Assembly: GCF_006345805.1 (NCBI RefSeq)
Contig: NW_021826630.1
Span: forward strand, 1 to 12,257
DNA from: Octopus sinensis
Taxonomy: Eukaryota
Length of the DNA: 12,257 nucleotides
Direction of reading: 5' to 3'
Part shown: in pieces, positions 9,981 through 12,257 of the stretch
How positions within the stretch are numbered: the first letter of the stretch is position 1
Layout: each line of letters starts with the position of its first letter
Translations under genes and position numbers: made by a program
Notes under the pieces: generated by a model
The model's input: the letters and a program-made list of their open reading frames with translations, nothing else
Told to the model about the DNA's origin: nothing
The model's database searches: none

Positions 9981-11578
9981 GATCAAAACAGCTTCATTCA
10001 AATTCCTTGGTACTCCGAGTTTCAAAGCGTGATATTAATCTTCACTTGTTGGAAATTAGAATTTCATACACTCACACACATAATGGCTGAGTATTAGCAT
10101 CAAACTTTGAAACTCGGAGTACCAAGGAATTTAAATCAACCTCTTTTGTGTTGAGTGCTCTTCTGATATATATGTATGTATGTATATATATATATGTATG
10201 TGTATATATATATACACCATGGACTGAATTGCTTGGATTCGAAACTAGTAGTTGGAGTATTTCTGAATCAATAATGAAAAAATGTGTGCATATGAATGTG
10301 TGAGTGTTCGTGTGTGTGTGTGTGTGTGTGTGTGTCCTGTGTGGACATTCCATATTACGATAGCGTCATTATGACCACATTCCTCAGTGTGTGATTATAG
10401 TTAGATTTGGCTGTGGCTGTGTGGTAAGTAGCTTGCTAACAAACCACATGGTTCCGGGTTCAGTCCCGCTGCGTGGCATCTTGGGCAAGTGTCTTCTGCT
10501 ATAGCCCCGGGCCGACCAATGCCTTGTGAGTGGATTTGGTAGACGGAAACTGAAAGAAGCCTGTCGTATATATGTATATATATATAAGTGTGTGTGAATA
10601 TGTTTGTGTGTCTGTGTTTGTTCCCCTAGCATTGCTTGACAACCGATGCTGGTGTGTTTACGTCCCCGTCACTTAGCGGTTCGGCATTAGAGACCGATAG
10701 TATAAGTACTGGGCTTACAAAGAATAAGTCCCGGGGTCGATTTGCTCGACTAAAGGTGGTGCTCCAGCGTGGCCGCAGTCAAATGACTGAAACAAGTAAA
10801 AGAGTAAAAGAGAGTAAGAGTAAACACAGAGCATAAGGAGACGCTCTTCCACTGTTGGCTGGTTGGTTGGCTGGTTGATCGGTTGGTGCATTCGTTCGTT
10901 CATTCCTTCCTTCTTTCATCAGGCAACCAACCGCTGTGGTTTGTGGCTTCCATATTCTTCACCCTGGGTGGTTTTTCTTTTACAGAAGCGACTGCAAATG
11001 CGATAACGCTTTCCGAGATTGTCTTCACCTAGCCAAATGTGAAGCCCCATTGTCCAGGGATCGATTTACAGCAGGTTTCGTCGGGATGTTATATTTTACG
11101 GACCTGAACACATATTGTATTAAATTCCCAGAAGGAAACTGTACAAAGTAAGTCGAAAGATTCTTTCTTTTTTTAAGTATGTGTATGTGTTTGCATCCCT
11201 GTGTATTGGTGCGTGTTTTCGTATGCGTGTGTTTGCGTGTACATTTGGGTGTGCGTGTAGTGCTTGCTTTGTTTTATATGCATGTATGTATTTGTGTGTG
11301 TGTGTGTGTGTATCATTTGTAGAAAACATAAGTCCGGTGAAGAAGCACACTCTAAGATGAAGAACATTATATGTTTTTTACTGGATTTCTTCACCGCCTC
11401 CTTCCTCAGCTGCTACTGCTGCTTAAACAATCAAAACCAAGAACTCATATCAAATATTCTTTTAGGACAGCTACCACCTACTACTTGCTACCAGGCCCCC
11501 ACAAGAGTAAAAAAGAAAGACAGACAGAAAAAAGGAAAAAATCCCTTGCACTTGAAAACTACAGAAATATTTTTTTAA
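1902..11578 (+). CDS. PLA2G3-like: Spliced gene: secretory phospholipase A2, group III (bee-venom/Phospholip_A2_2 type); join(1902-2068,4417-4550,7713-7872,10986-11147,11410-11578), 263 aa if the last exon is right
   Basis: All introns are GT-AG with matching phases (2,1,2,2). The joined length of 792 nt is 264 codons with no internal stop. The translation contains LIFPGTKWCG...DLG...[12 protein letters not shown]...[21 protein letters not shown]...FVGMLYF...YC, colinear with bee venom PLA2 (IIYPGTLWCG...ELG...TDACCRTHDMCP...TRLSCDCDDKFYDCL...FVGKMYF). The family call is firm; orthology and the last exon are not. Confidence 0.88.
2089..3006. repeat. Compound (ATC)n microsatellite of about 0.9 kb with recurring AACCATCCTC and ATAGGC interruptions
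   Basis: Read directly; it is the source of the poly-M/D/H/I/S ORFs. Confidence 0.98.
3273..4095. repeat. 15-bp minisatellite GGTATGGTGGT(G/A)TGT, roughly 50 units
   Basis: Read directly; variants have GAT for GGT. It is the source of the GGVWY and MVVCG ORFs. Confidence 0.97.
4093..4365. mobile_element. Fold-back element with 74-bp inverted arms (4093-4166 / 4223-4296), probably Penelope-like-derived
   Basis: Arms are 71/74 complementary with a 56-bp spacer. Each arm carries a hammerhead-like motif. The PLE origin is inferred. Confidence 0.75.
4229..4264 (+). ncRNA. Minimal type I hammerhead ribozyme-like motif (A6U variant)
   Basis: CUUU | CUGUCGA | A | GAGC-GUAG-GCUC | GAAAC-GUA | AAAG. 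Stem I is 4 bp, stem II is 4 bp with a tetraloop, and stem III is the loopless palindrome ACGU. Predicted cleavage after 4260. Confidence 0.6.
4417..4550 (+). CDS. PLA2 coding exon 2: basic propeptide and N-terminus of mature enzyme ([46 protein letters not shown])
   Basis: Acceptor tattctctccttacag ends at 4416; donor CAG|gtaagt at 4551. The exon ends in LIFP-G, the typical group III PLA2 N-terminal motif, split in phase 1. Confidence 0.92.
4582..4682. repeat. (GT)n microsatellite
   Basis: Read directly; similar tracts at 264-294, 5015-5055, 10308-10335 and 11170-11312 (decayed). Confidence 0.95.
4855..5012 (+). mobile_element. Decayed SINE family A fragment
   Basis: AAGTTCAGTCCC...GGACAAGTGTCTTCT...CCTTGTGAGTGAATTTG aligns by eye with 10450-10560, with many substitutions. 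Confidence 0.7.
5056..5301 (+). mobile_element. Internally deleted mariner element (TIRs plus transposase C-terminal remnant)
   Basis: Left TIR TTGGATTGGTGCATTATTATTGCGGCTTTTT matches the right TIR reverse complement TTGGGCTGGTGAATAGTTATTGCGGCTTTTT and resembles the Hsmar1/MADE1 TIR. 5151-5198 translates to [16 protein letters not shown], like the mariner C-terminal LP.RW.......G.Y motif. Confidence 0.85.
5359..5592. repeat. Long palindrome, 105-bp arms (5359-5463 / 5488-5592)
   Basis: 99/105 complementary, all six differences transitions; 24-bp spacer with an extra GATAC/GTATC stem. Confidence 0.92.
5883..6310 (-). mobile_element. Full-length SINE family A
   Basis: tRNA-like head at the 6310 end, CORE-like segment, internal CA/AT microsatellite, and a 3' hairpin CAGTC-AAAT-GACTG followed by a (GAGTAAAA)-type tail on the minus strand. 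Confidence 0.92.
6585..6775 (+). mobile_element. tRNA-derived SINE family D (truncated)
   Basis: TGGCTCAGTGG (A box), GAGTTCGATTCTC (B box), then CORE-like CTTGAGCAAGACAC. Confidence 0.75.
6776..7030. repeat. Patchwork of trinucleotide repeats (GTC, ATC, GTT, GGT, GCT, ACC)
   Basis: Read directly. Confidence 0.9.
7045..7620. repeat. Compound (TG)n-rich repeat with GTACGT/GAGTGC interruptions
   Basis: Read directly. Confidence 0.96.
7713..7872 (+). CDS. PLA2 coding exon 3: Ca2+ loop and catalytic His-Asp ([54 protein letters not shown])
   Basis: Acceptor cttccttcatttctctgccag ends at 7712; donor AG|gtaatt at 7873. Contains WCG and CCxxHDxC (His at 7799-7801, Asp at 7802-7804). This exon is absent from the ORF track because it has no ATG. 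Confidence 0.96.
7915..8340. repeat. Compound (CA)n-rich repeat with ACGTAC/GCAC interruptions
   Basis: Read directly; the only long tract in the window that is CA rather than TG on the + strand. Confidence 0.96.
8501..8768 (+). mobile_element. 5'-truncated SINE family C
   Basis: Starts at the B-box region shared with 340-381; ends in a TCACGTGA tandem tail. Confidence 0.8.
9312..9977. repeat. Compound minisatellite (TG)n-(T/C)CATCTATACA-(TA)n, about 15 variable-length units
   Basis: Read directly. Confidence 0.95.
10000..10132. repeat. Inverted repeat, 28-bp perfect arms (10000-10027 / 10105-10132)
   Basis: AAATTCCTTGGTACTCCGAGTTTCAAAG and its exact reverse complement, 77-bp spacer, with imperfect pairing extending inward. 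Confidence 0.9.
10409..10824 (+). mobile_element. Near-full-length SINE family A
   Basis: A box TGGCTGTGTGG, B box GGTTCAGTCCC, tail AGAGTAAAAGAGAGTAAGAGTAAA; reverse complement of 5883-6310. Confidence 0.92.
10986..11147 (+). CDS. PLA2 coding exon 4 ([54 protein letters not shown]-)
   Basis: Acceptor gtttttctttacag ends at 10985; donor AA|gtaagt at 11148. CxCD..F..CL supplies the Asp64 equivalent (11002-11004) and FVGMLYF the Tyr87 equivalent (11092-11094). Confidence 0.94.
11410..11578 (+). CDS. Candidate terminal PLA2 exon ([56 protein letters not shown])
   Basis: A strong pyrimidine tract (tttcttcaccgcctccttcctcag) ends at 11409, in the phase required by the 11148 donor, and the frame is open to TAA at 11576-11578. 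I recognise no homology for this segment, and I saw no canonical AATAAA downstream in the window. Confidence 0.45.
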
Positions 11579-11630
11579 AACATTTCATTTAATTTTTCCA
11601 CAATTTAATTGATTTTCATGCTTTACACTA

Positions 11631-11665
11631 AGTTGAAAAAGTCGCCAAGACTGAAACCGGTACTA
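11631..11665 (+). ncRNA. Hammerhead-like motif, U3-A8 variant, weak stem I
   Basis: AG | UUGAAAA | AGUC-GCCAA-GACU | GAAAC-CG-GUA | CU. Stem III is the palindrome ACCGGU. Confidence 0.4.
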
Positions 11666-11899
11666 AAATTATTTTAGCATAAAATTATTTTAGCATTTTC
11701 TACCTAGTCTTATTTTCCTTATGCATATCAATTCGTGTGTTCCTTTTAAACCTTCTACAGTTAAGATCCAGGTTCGGTGATTTAGTGAATAAGGAGTCCA
11801 ACGTAGGTCATATATCAGCATGTGTATATATAAAAAAAATCTTTTTCAGAATGAGATAAAAATCCAAGGCTGTGAAGATTTTAGAACATTTATAAATAG

Positions 11900-11944
11900 G
11901 TCTTACATCTGTTTCCGGGATAATTTTTTTCCTTCATCGGAGAC
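11900..11944 (-). ncRNA. Type I hammerhead-like motif (U4C), mirror copy
   Basis: GUCU | CCGAUGA | A GGA...UCC CG | GAAAC-AGAU-GUA | AGAC. Confidence 0.45.
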
Positions 11945-12192
11945 GGTGTGAGAAAAGGGTTAAGCAATGGTTAATTTAAATAAGATATGAAATAGAGAGT
12001 GAAGTGGAGGAATGAGAATATATGTGAGATATGCCGGGATATTGCATTTGTAGATCCAATAGTTAGGCAGAATGGTGTGCATATAAGATTCCAATACCTT
12101 GTGAGTAAATTCCAGGAGAACTTAAAATTGGTCACGGAACTCTATTTCGTATCCTATCTAAATGAATTATTGCTTAACCATATCCTCACACT

Positions 12193-12240
12193 GTCTCCGA
12201 TGAAGAGATATAAAAAATATCCTGGAAACAGCTGTAAGAC
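12193..12240 (+). ncRNA. Type I hammerhead-like motif (U4C) with 8-nt palindromic stem III
   Basis: GUCU | CCGAUGA | AGAGAUA-UAAAAAA-UAUCCUG | GAAAC-AGCU-GUA | AGAC. ACAGCUGU is self-complementary. Predicted cleavage after 12236. Confidence 0.55.
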
Positions 12241-12257
12241 CTTCTATTTATAAATGT

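Larger units (their letters stand above)
11886..12257. mobile_element. Inverted-repeat element, about 85-bp arms (11886-11968 / 12169-12257, running off the window), probably Penelope-like-derived
   Basis: The reverse complement of the left arm aligns with the right arm (ATTGCTTAACC...CTCACAC.GTCTCCGATGAAG...ATCC.GGAAACAG.TGTAAGACC...TATTTATAAATGT) across a 200-bp spacer. Confidence 0.75.

Noticed and set aside
10221-10255. GAAU/AUUC stem, GAAAC, palindrome ACUAGU and GUA
   Set aside because: The core lacks G8 and A9 and there is no stem I; possibly a deleted hammerhead, but unsupported.
10776-10803. SINE tail AGUC-AAAU-GACU-GAAAC-AA-GUA resembling a hammerhead 3' half
   Set aside because: No CUGANGA core upstream; better explained as the LINE-recognition hairpin plus tail repeat of the SINE.
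11999-12253. 84-aa ORF whose MKRYKK echoes the propeptide MKRYKR (14-nt match to 4511-4524)
   Set aside because: The match falls within the hammerhead core/stem II of the inverted repeat and is coincidental; no further similarity.

Overview
Eukaryotic, AT-rich, repeat-dense genomic DNA, probably octopus/coleoid cephalopod. This is inferred from the SINE types and microsatellite load, not confirmed by a search. The + strand carries a spliced gene for a secreted group III (bee-venom-type) phospholipase A2. Four phase-compatible coding exons are well supported (1902-2068, 4417-4550, 7713-7872, 10986-11147), with a less certain terminal exon at 11410-11578 giving 263 aa in total. The protein reads as signal peptide, basic propeptide with two furin-type sites, then the catalytic domain with His34/Asp35/Asp64/Tyr87 equivalents intact. 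Introns are filled with tRNA-derived SINEs, a deleted mariner, micro/minisatellites and several long inverted repeats. Most striking is a set of minimal type I hammerhead-ribozyme-like motifs with palindromic stem III (Penelope-like-element style), mostly arranged as outward-facing inverted pairs. The catalytic exon is also bracketed by mutually complementary intronic repeats. Nearly all long ORFs in the supplied track are repeat artefacts.
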